This document shows positions 9,243-18,853 of a stretch of DNA of 64,000 nucleotides, in pieces. Within the stretch, counting starts at the first letter, position 1. Every line of letters starts with the position of its first letter. The translations under genes and the position numbers were made by a program. Under the pieces are notes generated by a model. That model was not told the DNA's origin and did no database searches. It was given only the letters and a program-made list of their open reading frames with translations. Source of the DNA: Desulfuromonadales bacterium (lineage in GTDB: Bacteria; Desulfobacterota; Desulfuromonadia; Desulfuromonadales; SZUA-540); NCBI GenBank assembly GCA_033549025.1, contig JAWSUS010000007.1, positions 32,001 to 96,000 on the forward strand, written 5' to 3'.

Positions 9243-10232
9243 ATGAATAAGCGTCCTTGCATGGAAGTTCTCGGTACGGGACGGGCGGTGCCCGAAAAAA
9301 TTCTGACCAACCAGGATCTGGAGAAGATGGTAGACACTTCAGATGAATGGATTTTGGCGCGAACCGGCATTCGGCAGAGGCATATCGCCGAACCGGGGGT
9401 GCCTCTCTCTTTCTTTGCCGCCCGGGCGGCCCGGGAAGCTCTGGCTGATGCCGGAGTCGCCGCGGAGGAGATAGATCTGATTATTCTCGGTACGGTGACT
9501 GGGGACAGCAAGTTTCCCGCCACCGCCTGTGTCGTTCAAGACCTGATCGGAGCCAAAAAGGCGGCCGCTTTTGATATCTCGGCGGCGTGCGCCGGTTTTC
9601 TCTACGGACTGCAGCTGGCCGAAAGTATGATGGTCATGCAGGGGTATCGGCGGATATTGTTGATCGGGGGCGAGGTCCTTTCTTCCATGGTGAACTGGAA
9701 GGACCGCGATACCTGTGTGCTATTCGGCGATGGGGTGGGTGCCGTCGTGCTGGGTCCCACGCAAGATGCCAAGGGAGTGCTTGCCACCTATCTTCGCAGT
9801 GATGGCGCTTTTCGCGATCTTCTTTACAGCCCGGGCTGCGGCAGCCTGAATCCCCCCAGCCATGAAAACGTCGACAAGATGCTGCATACCATTCGCATGG
9901 AAGGTCGCGAGGTGTTCCGCCACGCGGTGACATCCATGGCCGATGCCCTCAATCAGGCTCTCGATCAGGCCGGCCTTGTCGTGGAAGACCTGGATCTGCT
10001 CATACCCCACCAGGCCAACCTTCGCATAATCGAGGCGGTAGGCAAGCGCTTTCGGCTTTCTGCGGACAAAATTTACGTCAACGTGGATCGCTACGGCAAC
10101 ACCTCGGCCGCCTCCATTCCTATAGCGCTGGACGAGGCGCGCAAAACCGGGCGTATTGCTTCAGGTTCCCTTGTCGGCATGGTGACGTTCGGCGCCGGCT
10201 TTACCTGGGCGGCCGCCGTGATCCGTTTCTGA
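9243..10232 (+). CDS. fabH: 3-oxoacyl-ACP synthase III
   Basis: DTSDEWI..RTGI, AACAGF, PHQANLRI, GNTSAASIP. Confidence 0.93.
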   Translation: MNKRPCMEVLGTGRAVPEKILTNQDLEKMVDTSDEWILARTGIRQRHIAEPGVPLSFFAARAAREALADAGVAAEEIDLIILGTVTGDSKFPATACVVQDLIGAKKAAAFDISAACAGFLYGLQLAESMMVMQGYRRILLIGGEVLSSMVNWKDRDTCVLFGDGVGAVVLGPTQDAKGVLATYLRSDGAFRDLLYSPGCGSLNPPSHENVDKMLHTIRMEGREVFRHAVTSMADALNQALDQAGLVVEDLDLLIPHQANLRIIEAVGKRFRLSADKIYVNVDRYGNTSAASIPIALDEARKTGRIASGSLVGMVTFGAGFTWAAAVIRF

Positions 10233-10418
10233 CCCTCTCTTTTTGTCTCCCCTGCTTGCCTTGATATCTTTTTGCGGTAAACTGAAATCAAAAGGAAAGG
10301 AGGACTAAGGGAATCGAGACATCACAAACGGACATAGAAAAATCGTCCCCGATGGGGGATATTCATCGTTCTGCCCCGCAGGACGAAGATGCCGGCAGTA
10401 AAAACCCGGCGGAAAAGT

Positions 10419-10453
10419 AAAAGGCCTCTCGACGGTACATCGAGAGGCCTTTT
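10419..10453 (-). terminator. Hairpin terminator (possibly bidirectional) after the NapC/NirT cytochrome gene
   Basis: AAAAGGCCTCTCGA / TCGAGAGGCCTTTT inverted repeat. Confidence 0.7.
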
Positions 10454-10467
10454 GACGTCAAAAAGGA

Positions 10468-11910
10468 TTACTCGCCCCGCAGTTTTCGAAGGACCTCCGG
10501 ATTTTCTTCATCTTCAGCCAGAATGACATGACAGGTCATGCAGTCGCCGGAAATCGTCTGACCATCCTCGCTTTCGTGCATGTCGTCATGGCAGCGAAAG
10601 CAGCCAATATCAAAGTTTTCCCCATGCCCAATATGATTGATGTAGGTGTTCCAGGCAATATTCATGCTGGGCCAGACGTTTTGTCGGTAGGCCGCCTGGG
10701 TTCCGCGTATGGCTGTCTGCAGCCATTGGGGTTTAGACGCCAACAGGTCGGGGTATCGTTCTTTGTACCAGGTCGTCAGGCGCTCGGCGATGGCGGTTTC
10801 CGCTTCATCCTGGCTGGTGTAGCTGGCGGTGATGGCGACAAGAGCCTGCTCCTTGATGAAAGGCAATTGTCTGGGAATCGCGCCGGAGAGGAGCTTTTCA
10901 TCCAGGGCCGCCTCTGGGCTGCGATAAATGTGAGTGGGCCGATTGTGGCAATCGATACAATCCATCTCTCTTGTTTCCAGGTGTTCCGTATCTTCTTGGG
11001 TGCCTGAACGGAAAACGGTCTGGGTGCCGTCGGCCCGGGTCAGGGTGACTACCGGTATAGTCAGGCGTTTTTCGTCGGATTGATAAGTAATGGTGTTTTC
11101 AGGCGCAACGTGCCAGTGGATGCCGTGGGCATTTTCTGTCAGGTTTCCCGCCGAGCCGATTTTCATCAGCATTACCGTCTGAACGTGGGTGTTTTTGTCG
11201 TCAGCCAGGAACTTGTCGTTGACGATGAGTTTTTCGCCGTGGAACTTTTCGGGCTGATGGCATTCTTCGCAGGTTTCGCGGGCGGGGCGCAAGCCATGAA
11301 CCGGCGTCGCAATCGGACGCGGATAGGTGTCGAGAGCGACGGCGAACAACTGCCTGGCCCCGGATATTTTAGACTTCACGAACCAGGTGGCACCAGAGCC
11401 GATATGGCACTCTACACAGTTGACCCGCGAGTGGGGGGAATTTTGGTAGGCGGTATATTCCGGTTCCATGACTGTGTGGCAGAACTTGCCGCAAAAGGCA
11501 TTGGATTCGAGGTAGTGATAGCCGCTGTAGCCGAGCAGGGAAAAGATGAAAAGGTTGGCACCGGTCAGAAAGATGCCGAGAAAAATGAGTTTGCGTACGC
11601 GGGCAAACCGCGTTTCGTCCGTAAAATGTTCTTTCAGGTAATCCAGCGTAAAAAGACGGACCTCCTCTTTCCCCTTCAGGAAAAACAGGCCCACAAAGAC
11701 CATTGCCAGTCCCCCCATGAAGGCGGGCCCGAGAATCATGTAAATGATGGCCCCCATGTAGGGATTGTCAATGTGCCACAGGGAATCGATTATCACCAGT
11801 CCGAGCAGAAAAGGGAATACCGCCGTGGTGATAATGGCTCCGACCAGAGAAACTCTGCTGCGAGCTATGCCTTTAAAAAATGCATCCAGGATGTTTTTCA
11901 GGTTTCCCAT
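10468..11910 (-). CDS. imcH: Inner-membrane NapC/NirT-type multiheme cytochrome c, ImcH-like
   Basis: Three N-terminal TM segments (IDNPYMG..IIY); heme motifs CGKFCH (CX3CH), CVECH, CEECH, CIDCH, CFRCH, CMTCH; orthology judged from recalled architecture only. Confidence 0.7.
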   Translation of the reverse strand: MGNLKNILDAFFKGIARSRVSLVGAIITTAVFPFLLGLVIIDSLWHIDNPYMGAIIYMILGPAFMGGLAMVFVGLFFLKGKEEVRLFTLDYLKEHFTDETRFARVRKLIFLGIFLTGANLFIFSLLGYSGYHYLESNAFCGKFCHTVMEPEYTAYQNSPHSRVNCVECHIGSGATWFVKSKISGARQLFAVALDTYPRPIATPVHGLRPARETCEECHQPEKFHGEKLIVNDKFLADDKNTHVQTVMLMKIGSAGNLTENAHGIHWHVAPENTITYQSDEKRLTIPVVTLTRADGTQTVFRSGTQEDTEHLETREMDCIDCHNRPTHIYRSPEAALDEKLLSGAIPRQLPFIKEQALVAITASYTSQDEAETAIAERLTTWYKERYPDLLASKPQWLQTAIRGTQAAYRQNVWPSMNIAWNTYINHIGHGENFDIGCFRCHDDMHESEDGQTISGDCMTCHVILAEDEENPEVLRKLRGE

Positions 11911-12031
11911 GCCGTTGCCTCCTGTTGTGGGGGTGGAAAGGTGTCAGCGCCCAGTGTTTCGATGTCATATCATAAGTATAGCGGGTTTCAGTCAGGATAG
12001 CGTCCCGCCAGATCTCGGCAGGCCTGATTGT

Positions 12032-12069
12032 AAAAAAAGGCTACAACCCCATACTGAGTTGCAGCCTTT
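12032..12069 (-). terminator. Intrinsic terminator after the small ORF 12377-12156
   Basis: Minus strand AAAGGCTGCAAC-loop-GTTGTAGCCTTTTTTT. Confidence 0.65.
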
Positions 12070-12155
12070 AATGTCAACACCCTGAAAATACATAGATAGA
12101 AAGCGTATACAACGAAAGAGAATGTGACCTCAGGGTGCTTTCGAACGCCTACAGG

Positions 12156-12377
12156 TTAAAATCCTGAAATGGCACTGAACCAACCTTGGGCGAGGCCGAT
12201 AGGGCCTCCGGCGGCGATAGCCCCCCCCACGAGACAGGCAATTCCCCAGATGCCGATCAGGGCGGCGAAGGCCAGGGTCAGAATAAAGGAGACCCTGAAG
12301 GTGATTCTCATCAAAACCAGGCCCAGTTGCGAATGAACCTTTTCTTGGACTTGAACAGCAGCCTGAACGTTGCTCAT
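12156..12377 (-). CDS. Small membrane protein (73 aa) with W-x3-C-x2-GG motif
   Basis: AAGGAG RBS; MSNVQAAV...LIGIWGIACLVGGAIAAGGPIGLAQGWFSAISGF; own terminator. Confidence 0.75.
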   Translation of the reverse strand: MSNVQAAVQVQEKVHSQLGLVLMRITFRVSFILTLAFAALIGIWGIACLVGGAIAAGGPIGLAQGWFSAISGF

Positions 12378-12898
12378 AGGGTTCTCCTTTCTGTAAAAAA
12401 GTGCGGTTGATCTGCCCACTATTGTCTATCGGTTGAAAAAAGAATAACAGCCCAACGACAGAGTGTCAACAAAAAAAGATAATAAAAACGAGTATTTAGC
12501 TATCAACCCTGGTTTTCATGAAAAGAGGAAAGAGGGCCTGTCTATTTTTGATGAAACCGTAAATTGCAATATATTGGAAATTCTAGTTGTAAAGAGGTTC
12601 AGGCTCTCTGGCGTAGAAAAAAGTCAGGGCTGAAGTGCTGGATGTGGGCGCTTTGGTCCGGTGCAATCGGTGGCATAACCCTGTCGTTGCAAAGGTGGTG
12701 ACGACCTAAGAATGTTCAAAATGATGGGAAAAGGTGAAATTAAAATTTCCACTTAAGCGGTCAAATCGCTTGCACGCAAAACCTCCCTGTGGTAATTAGT
12801 TTAAAAAAGGTTGGTCGGGCTTGGAAACATTCCTCGAATGGTGAATTTCTGATCGGACTTTTGAGGCCGGTTGGAGCTAAAAGCTTTAGGAGAAGACC

Positions 12899-13060
12899 AT
12901 GAAGACAGCCTATCAGGTCAGGGCAGGAAAAGCGGTAACCAATTACCTTGCTTCCGCTAGCATGATTGGACTTTCCATTGCAGTCGGACTGGCAGTTTCA
13001 AGCGCTTTGGTTGCAGCTCTTTGGGCTCCGATGACCGTAGTGTTAAGCGGTCTCTTCTAG
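12899..13060 (+). CDS. 53-aa single-TM microprotein (not in ORF track)
   Basis: AGGAG RBS; MKTAYQVRAGKAVTNYLASASMIGLSIAVGLAVSSALVAALWAPMTVVLSGLF; followed by a terminator. Confidence 0.7.
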   Translation: MKTAYQVRAGKAVTNYLASASMIGLSIAVGLAVSSALVAALWAPMTVVLSGLF

Positions 13061-13097
13061 TTTTTGTTTTAAGCGCAAAGCGGCGACTACGATATCG

Positions 13098-13130
13098 AAC
13101 CTCCCCAGGGTCTCCTGGGGAGGTTTTTTT
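13098..13130 (+). terminator. Intrinsic terminator
   Basis: AACCTCCCCAGG-GTCT-CCTGGGGAGGTT plus T run. Confidence 0.8.
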
Positions 13131-13230
13131 GTGTGAATATGGCGCTTCGCTGAGCCTTGGGGCCACCCTGTGTCAACTGTGACCCACCGGTGAAACCTGT
13201 ACCTTTAAATCCTCCTGATTTAGGTAGTTT

Positions 13231-13383
13231 ATTATTGCAATAATTCAAACACTGTGATAAAAACCGCTGCATCTGCAACACTCCTCACCACCCTTTAAAT
13301 GCTCTGCAAATTATATATGTTAATAAAAACAGCTTGTTAGATGCGTTGCGCGGCGCTGTGCAACATGTTGGCAGTGCGCAACG
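13231..13383. promoter_or_regulatory. Cluster of TTGC/GCAAC half-sites upstream of the NrfD operon
   Basis: Palindrome ATTATTGCAATAAT; CGCTGCATCTGCAACA; TGCAACATGTTGGCAGTGCGCAACG; same half-site as at 17987-18128. Confidence 0.45.
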
Positions 13384-13505
13384 AATGGCGAGCTAAAAAC
13401 GCGCGGGGACCAAAATTTGGCTTAGGCTAGGAGTGGGGCTGTACGCCGGGTTTCCGTAAAGACTTTTCAGGTTAGTCAACAAATAGGTGGAAAGGGAAGG
13501 AAGTT

Positions 13506-14726
13506 ATGGATCAGATGCCAAAAACCCAGAGAATGACCTTGAATGAGATTGAAAGCATTGTCTCCGGACGACTGCTTTCCGGTGGTGCCGGATATTATTT
13601 TGGCGTCATCATTTCCGCGCTACTGGTCGTGGCAGCGCTCGTAGCCGGTGTTCACTCCTTTATTGTTGGACATGAGCACACTTACGGGGTAACCAGAGAG
13701 GTGCCCTGGGGGATTCTCATTGCGACTTATGTCTTCTTTGTCGTCACTTCCACGGGACTCTGTCTCGTGTCCTCGATCGGGCATGTTTTTGGAGTCGAGT
13801 CCTACATGCCGATAGCCAAGCGGTCGGTCTTTCTCTCCATCGCGACCATTCTGGCTGGATTTTTTGTTATTGCCTTCGAAATTAAAATCCCTTGGCGGAT
13901 GGCGATTTACAATGTCATTTCTCCCAACATCACCTCCAATATCTGGTGGATGGGTACACTCTACGGGGTTTACCTTGTCCTGATGATATTTGAGTTTCTC
14001 TTCCTCAACCTGAACAAACACAAACTGGCGGTGGCCATGGGTTTCGGTGGCGCGGTTGCTGGTATCGCCGCGCACAGTAACCTCGGCGCCGTTTTTGGCC
14101 TCCTTATGGGCCGCGAGTTCTGGCACGGTCCCTACATGTCCATTTACTTCATCGCTTCGGCCATGATGACCGGTACCGCCGTAATTTTTCTTTTCCACTA
14201 TCTTGCCTACAAGGTTAACGGCGAAGACCTGAGCCTTGATGGACCGATGGTGGCCTCCCTGGATGTGGTACGTCGCCTCGGGATCCTCCTCATCTGCGTC
14301 ATCATATTCTTCACAACCTGGAAAATGGTTGCTGGTGTTGCCGGCATGCCCGGTGGCAAGTACGAAGCGGTCATGGCTCTGGTCAAAGGGCCCTACGCCA
14401 TTAACTTCTGGCTGTTTGAGGCAGGGTTCGGCCTGATCTTCCCGCTGCTCCTTTTCATTCTCTCCAAGGGTAAAAACCTGATGATGATGTTCGTTGGGTC
14501 GGCGATGATGATTGTCGGTATTTTTATCATGCGCTACGACCTGGTGATCGTCGGCCAGATTGTTCCGGTTTATCATGAGCTCGGCGTCAATGAGTTCAGC
14601 CACCTCCTGTCCTACACCCCCTCCTTCCACGAGATCATTATCACTTTGGGTGGTTTTGGGGTGGCGTTCTTTCTCTTCCTGGTGGGAGAGAAGCTCTTTG
14701 CCGGACACAAAGTCGAACATCATTGA
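13506..14726 (+). CDS. NrfD/PsrC-family quinol-oxidising membrane subunit
   Basis: VPWGILIATYVFFV, SNIWWMGTLY, REFWHGP, RYDLVIVGQ; about 10 TM. Confidence 0.9.
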   Translation: MDQMPKTQRMTLNEIESIVSGRLLSGGAGYYFGVIISALLVVAALVAGVHSFIVGHEHTYGVTREVPWGILIATYVFFVVTSTGLCLVSSIGHVFGVESYMPIAKRSVFLSIATILAGFFVIAFEIKIPWRMAIYNVISPNITSNIWWMGTLYGVYLVLMIFEFLFLNLNKHKLAVAMGFGGAVAGIAAHSNLGAVFGLLMGREFWHGPYMSIYFIASAMMTGTAVIFLFHYLAYKVNGEDLSLDGPMVASLDVVRRLGILLICVIIFFTTWKMVAGVAGMPGGKYEAVMALVKGPYAINFWLFEAGFGLIFPLLLFILSKGKNLMMMFVGSAMMIVGIFIMRYDLVIVGQIVPVYHELGVNEFSHLLSYTPSFHEIIITLGGFGVAFFLFLVGEKLFAGHKVEHH

Positions 14727-14772
14727 TGAGTTTCAGGTCTACTAGCGATAAGCATTTGAAGGAGAATATAGC

Positions 14773-15528
14773 ATGAAGAAAAATAAGGTCGAATTCGACG
14801 GCTTGCAGAATGAAGGAGTGGAGAATGCTCCCGTAGAGGATCGACGTCGTTTTCTGAAAATGGGCCTTGCCCTCACCGGTGTCTTTGCCGGCGGTACCCT
14901 TTACTCCGCCACCTCGGCGGTAAACAAGGTTTATGCTTCAGCTGGCGAGTATGCCAAGAAATATCCGTACAAGCCTCATTACAGCATGATCATGCACCAG
15001 GATCGTTGTATTGACTGCGAGCGCTGCATGGCGGCTTGTGTCAAGACCAATAATGTGCCCGAGTATGGTTACCGAACGACGATCCTCGAAAGAGAAGTCA
15101 AGGATGCCGTTGGCCAAAAGCGGGAATTTATTCCCGTCCTTTGCAATCACTGCAACCTTCCCCAGTGCACCAGGGTTTGCCCGACCCGGGCTACGTATAA
15201 AGATAAAGCCACCGGCATCGTCATGATGAACGCCGCTAAATGTATCGGGTGTTTGACCTGTCAGCAAGGGTGCCCCTACAATGCGCGCTATTTCAGCGAG
15301 GAAAAACATGCGGTCGACAAATGCAATTTCTGCATCGATACGCGACTGTCCAAAGGCGAGACCCTGACGGCCTGCTCTGAAGCCTGCCCTGCTGATGTCA
15401 GGGTGTTTGGTGACCTTTCGGATCCCAATAGCCGTATTTACCGTGAGGTTCATCAGATCGAGAAAACCGTCTGGGTTCTGCGGCCTGAGGCCGGTACGCG
15501 ACCCAATGTTTTCTATACTCGCGGCTAA
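14773..15528 (+). CDS. NrfC/DmsB-type 4Fe-4S protein with Tat signal
   Basis: DRRRFLK; CIDCERC, CNHC..PQC..VCP, CIGCLTCQQGCPY, KCNFC...CSEACP. Confidence 0.9.
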   Translation: MKKNKVEFDGLQNEGVENAPVEDRRRFLKMGLALTGVFAGGTLYSATSAVNKVYASAGEYAKKYPYKPHYSMIMHQDRCIDCERCMAACVKTNNVPEYGYRTTILEREVKDAVGQKREFIPVLCNHCNLPQCTRVCPTRATYKDKATGIVMMNAAKCIGCLTCQQGCPYNARYFSEEKHAVDKCNFCIDTRLSKGETLTACSEACPADVRVFGDLSDPNSRIYREVHQIEKTVWVLRPEAGTRPNVFYTRG

Positions 15529-15587
15529 AGACTCGAGCCTGATTCCCAAAGGCTCTGACCCCATTTGTGAATAGCGGAGGTTTAATC

Positions 15588-16229
15588 ATGAATAAGTTCA
15601 TGTTGCGCGCATTTGGCGCCATATTGTTGACGTTGTTGGCGACGGCTCCGGCCCTTTGGGCCGAGGAAGAAGATTTTGGCGGTCCGGAGATCGCCTATGA
15701 GCAGCCGGTCAAAGGGGTATCTTTCAGCCACAAAACGCATGTGGGTGACTACGGTTTCTCCTGCGACAGCTGTCATGACGGTATCTTTGACATGATGGTC
15801 GGCGCCGCCTATGAAAATGGCGACTTTACGATGGACAGCCTGTATCAGGGCAAATACTGTGGCGCCTGCCACGACGGGTCCATGGCTTTTGCCGCCAATA
15901 CCCAGTGTGCCTCCTGCCATGTGCAGGATGGTGGCGATGTTATCTATACCGAGCCGGTCAAAGGGGTTCTTTTCAGCCATGATGTTCACGGCCAGGTCGG
16001 GCTGGATTGCGCCAGTTGTCACGATGGGCTCTTTGAAATGCGCTCTCTTGCTGCCCAGGAAAATGCCAACTTTGTCATGGAGGCTCTCTACGAGGGCGAG
16101 TATTGCGGCGCCTGCCATGACGGTTCTATGGCGTTTGCCTCCGATACCCAATGTGCGACCTGTCATATTGGCGTCAAGGGATTGCGTCGCGCTACTGGTT
16201 CCGCAACAAAAGAGCAAGCCGCTCACTAA
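15588..16229 (+). CDS. Periplasmic hexaheme cytochrome (two tandem c7-type domains)
   Basis: GGAGG RBS; six CxxCH; internal duplication PVKGVxFSH...CxSCHDG.F.M...YCGACHDGSMAFA..TQCAxCH. Confidence 0.9.
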   Translation: MNKFMLRAFGAILLTLLATAPALWAEEEDFGGPEIAYEQPVKGVSFSHKTHVGDYGFSCDSCHDGIFDMMVGAAYENGDFTMDSLYQGKYCGACHDGSMAFAANTQCASCHVQDGGDVIYTEPVKGVLFSHDVHGQVGLDCASCHDGLFEMRSLAAQENANFVMEALYEGEYCGACHDGSMAFASDTQCATCHIGVKGLRRATGSATKEQAAH

Positions 16230-16285
16230 GTTAACAAGAAAGATCAGGGAGGGGTGGTCTCTCCACCCCTCCCGCTTTTAAAGCC

Positions 16286-16486
16286 ATGGCAGAGCCGAAA
16301 AGACTGGCGCTAAAACTTATCCGGTTTGTGGTTATCATGATAGTCGCCTCTGTCATGACGGCGGCCGTGCTGATTCTCGCTGTGCCCGACCTGGGCAAAT
16401 GGCCCACGGTTATAAGCGCAGTGGGGATCGCCCTTCTCGTCGCCATGTATGATATGGGTCTCTTTAAGGGCGACTTTGAAATCTGA
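16286..16486 (+). CDS. Small two-TM membrane protein
   Basis: 66 aa, two hydrophobic stretches, co-oriented with flanking genes. Confidence 0.55.
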   Translation: MAEPKRLALKLIRFVVIMIVASVMTAAVLILAVPDLGKWPTVISAVGIALLVAMYDMGLFKGDFEI

Positions 16487-16582
16487 TTCGCAATTTCAGG
16501 CTACCCTGCCAGAATTTTCGCGTTTCGTGCCGAGTTTCCGTGCCCCTATTCCACCCTCTAGCTTGCTTCCTCTGTATTGCTT

Positions 16583-17911
16583 ATGCCCAAAGTAGACCAC
16601 TGTAAACAGTTGACTGTCATATTGAACAGCGTCGCCGACGGTGTCTTCACCGTTGACGATCGTATGCGGATTACCCTTTTCAATAAGGCGGCCGAGGAAA
16701 TTACGGGGTTTACCGAAGAAGAGGCGATGGGCAGGCATTGCCATGATATTTTCCGCACGGATGTCTGCTTTACGTCCTGTCCCGTCAAGGAAGCCCTGGA
16801 ATCCGGCCAGCCCGTTATAAACCGCGAAGTTGATATCATCACGAAGGAGGGGAAGAAGGTCCCCATCTCGATCAGTGCCTCGGTGCTGAAGGATGAAAAT
16901 GGTAAGCCTCTCGGCGGTGTGGAAACCTTTCGGGACCAATCCCTTATCTACGCCCTCAAAAAAGAGATAGAAGAAAAATACACCTTTCATGATCTGGTCA
17001 GTCGCAATCCCGCTATGCGACGTCTTTTCGATGTGCTGCCCGATATTGCCTCCAGTGAAGCGACCGTGTTGCTAAAAGGAGAAAGCGGGACCGGAAAAGA
17101 ACTTTTTGCGCAGGCCATTCATGATTTAAGTCCCAGGCGCAAGGGGCCTTTGGTCATTGTCAATTGTGGGGCTCTGCCCGAGCCTCTTCTTGAGGCTGAA
17201 ATATTCGGGGCCCGGCGAGGAGCCTATACCGGGTCCATCGAAAATCGCCCAGGACGCCTGGAGATGGCGGAGGGAGGCACTCTTTTTCTTGATGAAATTG
17301 GCGATCTGCCTCTCCCTTTGCAGGTTAAGCTGCTGCGGGTCCTCGAGAACCATGAATATCAGCCCCTGGGAGCGAGAAGCCCACAGAAGGCCGATGTCCG
17401 TTTTCTCACGGCGACAAACTGCGACCTCGAAGATATGGTTGAAAAAGGAACTTTCCGCCGGGACCTGTTTTTTCGCATCAATGTAGTGGCTTTGCAGATT
17501 CCGCCTCTACGTGAGCGTCCGGAGGATATTCCTTTATTGATCGATGTTTTCCTTGACCGTTTTAATCGGACCTACGGGAAGAAGATCAGGGGATTTTCTG
17601 GAGAGGCACTCCAGCTTTTACTTAGTCATCAATATCCCGGCAACGTCCGGGAGTTGCTTAATCTTGTGGAGCAGACGGTTATCCTCTGTCGGAGCGGAGA
17701 AATTGGCGTTGAACATCTTCCGGCCGGTTTCCTTGAGGCCAGCGACCGTGATGAAGATGTCAGCTTCGGGAGACGAAGTCGGATCAATAAAGCCATTCTT
17801 CAAGATCTGCTTGCCCGCTACGAGGGGAACCGGACCAAGGTGGCCAAGGAATTGGGAGTGGATCGAACCACCTTGTGGCGATGGATGAAAAAATTTGATT
17901 TAAGTAGCTAG
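16583..17911 (+). CDS. sigma54-dependent activator, PAS-AAA+-Fis HTH, OrpR-like Cys-PAS
   Basis: PAS with C-x8-C-x3-C; GESGTGKE, GAYTG, LFLDEIGD, PGNVREL, LGVDRTTLWR. Confidence 0.92.
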   Translation: MPKVDHCKQLTVILNSVADGVFTVDDRMRITLFNKAAEEITGFTEEEAMGRHCHDIFRTDVCFTSCPVKEALESGQPVINREVDIITKEGKKVPISISASVLKDENGKPLGGVETFRDQSLIYALKKEIEEKYTFHDLVSRNPAMRRLFDVLPDIASSEATVLLKGESGTGKELFAQAIHDLSPRRKGPLVIVNCGALPEPLLEAEIFGARRGAYTGSIENRPGRLEMAEGGTLFLDEIGDLPLPLQVKLLRVLENHEYQPLGARSPQKADVRFLTATNCDLEDMVEKGTFRRDLFFRINVVALQIPPLRERPEDIPLLIDVFLDRFNRTYGKKIRGFSGEALQLLLSHQYPGNVRELLNLVEQTVILCRSGEIGVEHLPAGFLEASDRDEDVSFGRRSRINKAILQDLLARYEGNRTKVAKELGVDRTTLWRWMKKFDLSS

Positions 17912-17936
17912 ACTTTCAAGCCAAACAAAAAAATAG

Positions 17937-17972
17937 AGCGCGTCTTCCTTTCAGGAAGACGCGCTTTTTTTT
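17937..17972 (+). terminator. Intrinsic terminator after the activator gene
   Basis: AGCGCGTCTTCCT-TTC-AGGAAGACGCGCT plus T run. Confidence 0.85.
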
Positions 17973-17986
17973 ATGTCTGGCGGGTG

Positions 17987-18128
17987 TGCAACAATCCTGT
18001 TGCAGTCATTTGGCGTTGCATTAAGCAACATGTTGCAAATATGTTGCAACGATAGACTGTGGCGCTAAAAGGGCCCTTGCCGAGGGTCTGGACAATTGCA
18101 GGATGCATCAGTGTTGCAGGGCGCAACA
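17987..18128. promoter_or_regulatory. Putative upstream activator site cluster 1 (TGTTGCA/TGCAACA repeats)
   Basis: TGCAACAatccTGTTGCA, CGTTGC-N5-GCAACA, TGTTGCAaataTGTTGCAACG, AATTGC-N5-GCATCA, TGTTGC-N5-GCAACA. Confidence 0.65.
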
Positions 18129-18225
18129 TGAGGGTTGAGTTAAATTCTGAGTCAAGCAAGAGATTAGCCAATGTAAGTCCCCGAATACACTATAAAAAAT
18201 CAAATAAATTTATAAAAACTGTTTT

Positions 18226-18241
18226 TGGCACAACTCTTGGA
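18226..18241 (+). promoter_or_regulatory. sigma54-like -24/-12 promoter (variant -12)
   Basis: TGGCAC-AACTC-TTGGA, preceded by an AT-rich tract. Confidence 0.6.
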
Positions 18242-18279
18242 ATACTAGAGATCAAACAACAGCGGCACGGAGATAAGCC

Positions 18280-18639
18280 ATGGGAAGTCAAAATCTTAGA
18301 ACGAAATCGGGTGAAAAAATAGCAGTGCCCTACTACGGAGCCCTGGTAAGACCTAAATCTGGCTTTGAGAGTCTCTATCTTGTTGCAGATGTTGCAGCAG
18401 GAACAACTACAGCGTTGCAATTTGAGGTTTGCGTCTGGGATAAAAACAGGCGACCTAAAATAGCCGAGTGGTTGCAAGAGATAGGGGTAAAAGGCGTAAT
18501 TTGCAGCGACGAAAAAGTGGAAATGGAAGAACTTTTGGCCTGTGAAGGGATCTGGTTGGAAAAAGGCAAAATGGGAGATGCTACAGACCTGGTAGCCATG
18601 TATGTCAACAGTATTAATAGCATCGGAAACATTAACTAA
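18280..18639 (+). CDS. Divergent NifB/NifX-like protein, paralog 1
   Basis: GGAG RBS; KIAVP...IAEWLQEIGVKGVIC...L..EGI pattern; clear paralog of 19712-20092. Confidence 0.65.
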   Translation: MGSQNLRTKSGEKIAVPYYGALVRPKSGFESLYLVADVAAGTTTALQFEVCVWDKNRRPKIAEWLQEIGVKGVICSDEKVEMEELLACEGIWLEKGKMGDATDLVAMYVNSINSIGNIN

Positions 18640-18658
18640 CAGCAAAGGAAGGTGTCTT

Positions 18659-18802
18659 ATGAGAGTCGAAAACAGCAAAAGCAAGCCGGTAAGTGACAAG
18701 TATCTTCGAAACACTCTGATGGCCATGGGCGTGGTCGCACTGTCTGCCAGCCTTTACGTAGCTTGGCCAGCCCTGGTCCATCTGGGCAGTAAAATGATTT
18801 AA
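18659..18802 (+). CDS. 47-aa single-TM microprotein (family member a)
   Basis: AGGAAGG RBS; MRVENSKSKPVSDKYLRNTLMAMGVVALSASLYVAWPALVHLGSKMI; P10, Y15, W36 in register with neighbours. Confidence 0.7.
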   Translation: MRVENSKSKPVSDKYLRNTLMAMGVVALSASLYVAWPALVHLGSKMI

Positions 18803-18853
18803 GACGATCATTCAAAAAGCATTTAAAAAAACCTTTAAAAAACGGAGGACATT

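Noticed and set aside
12755..12790. ACGCAAAACCTCC resembling part of a GEMM cyclic-dinucleotide riboswitch
   Set aside because: The required upstream GAAA-tetraloop hairpin is missing; a promoter (TTGCAC...TAATTA) is a better reading. An Infernal search would settle it
17987..18128. Short repeats read as a CRISPR array or iterons
   Set aside because: The repeats are 6-7 bp, in both orientations and irregularly spaced; no cas or rep gene is present
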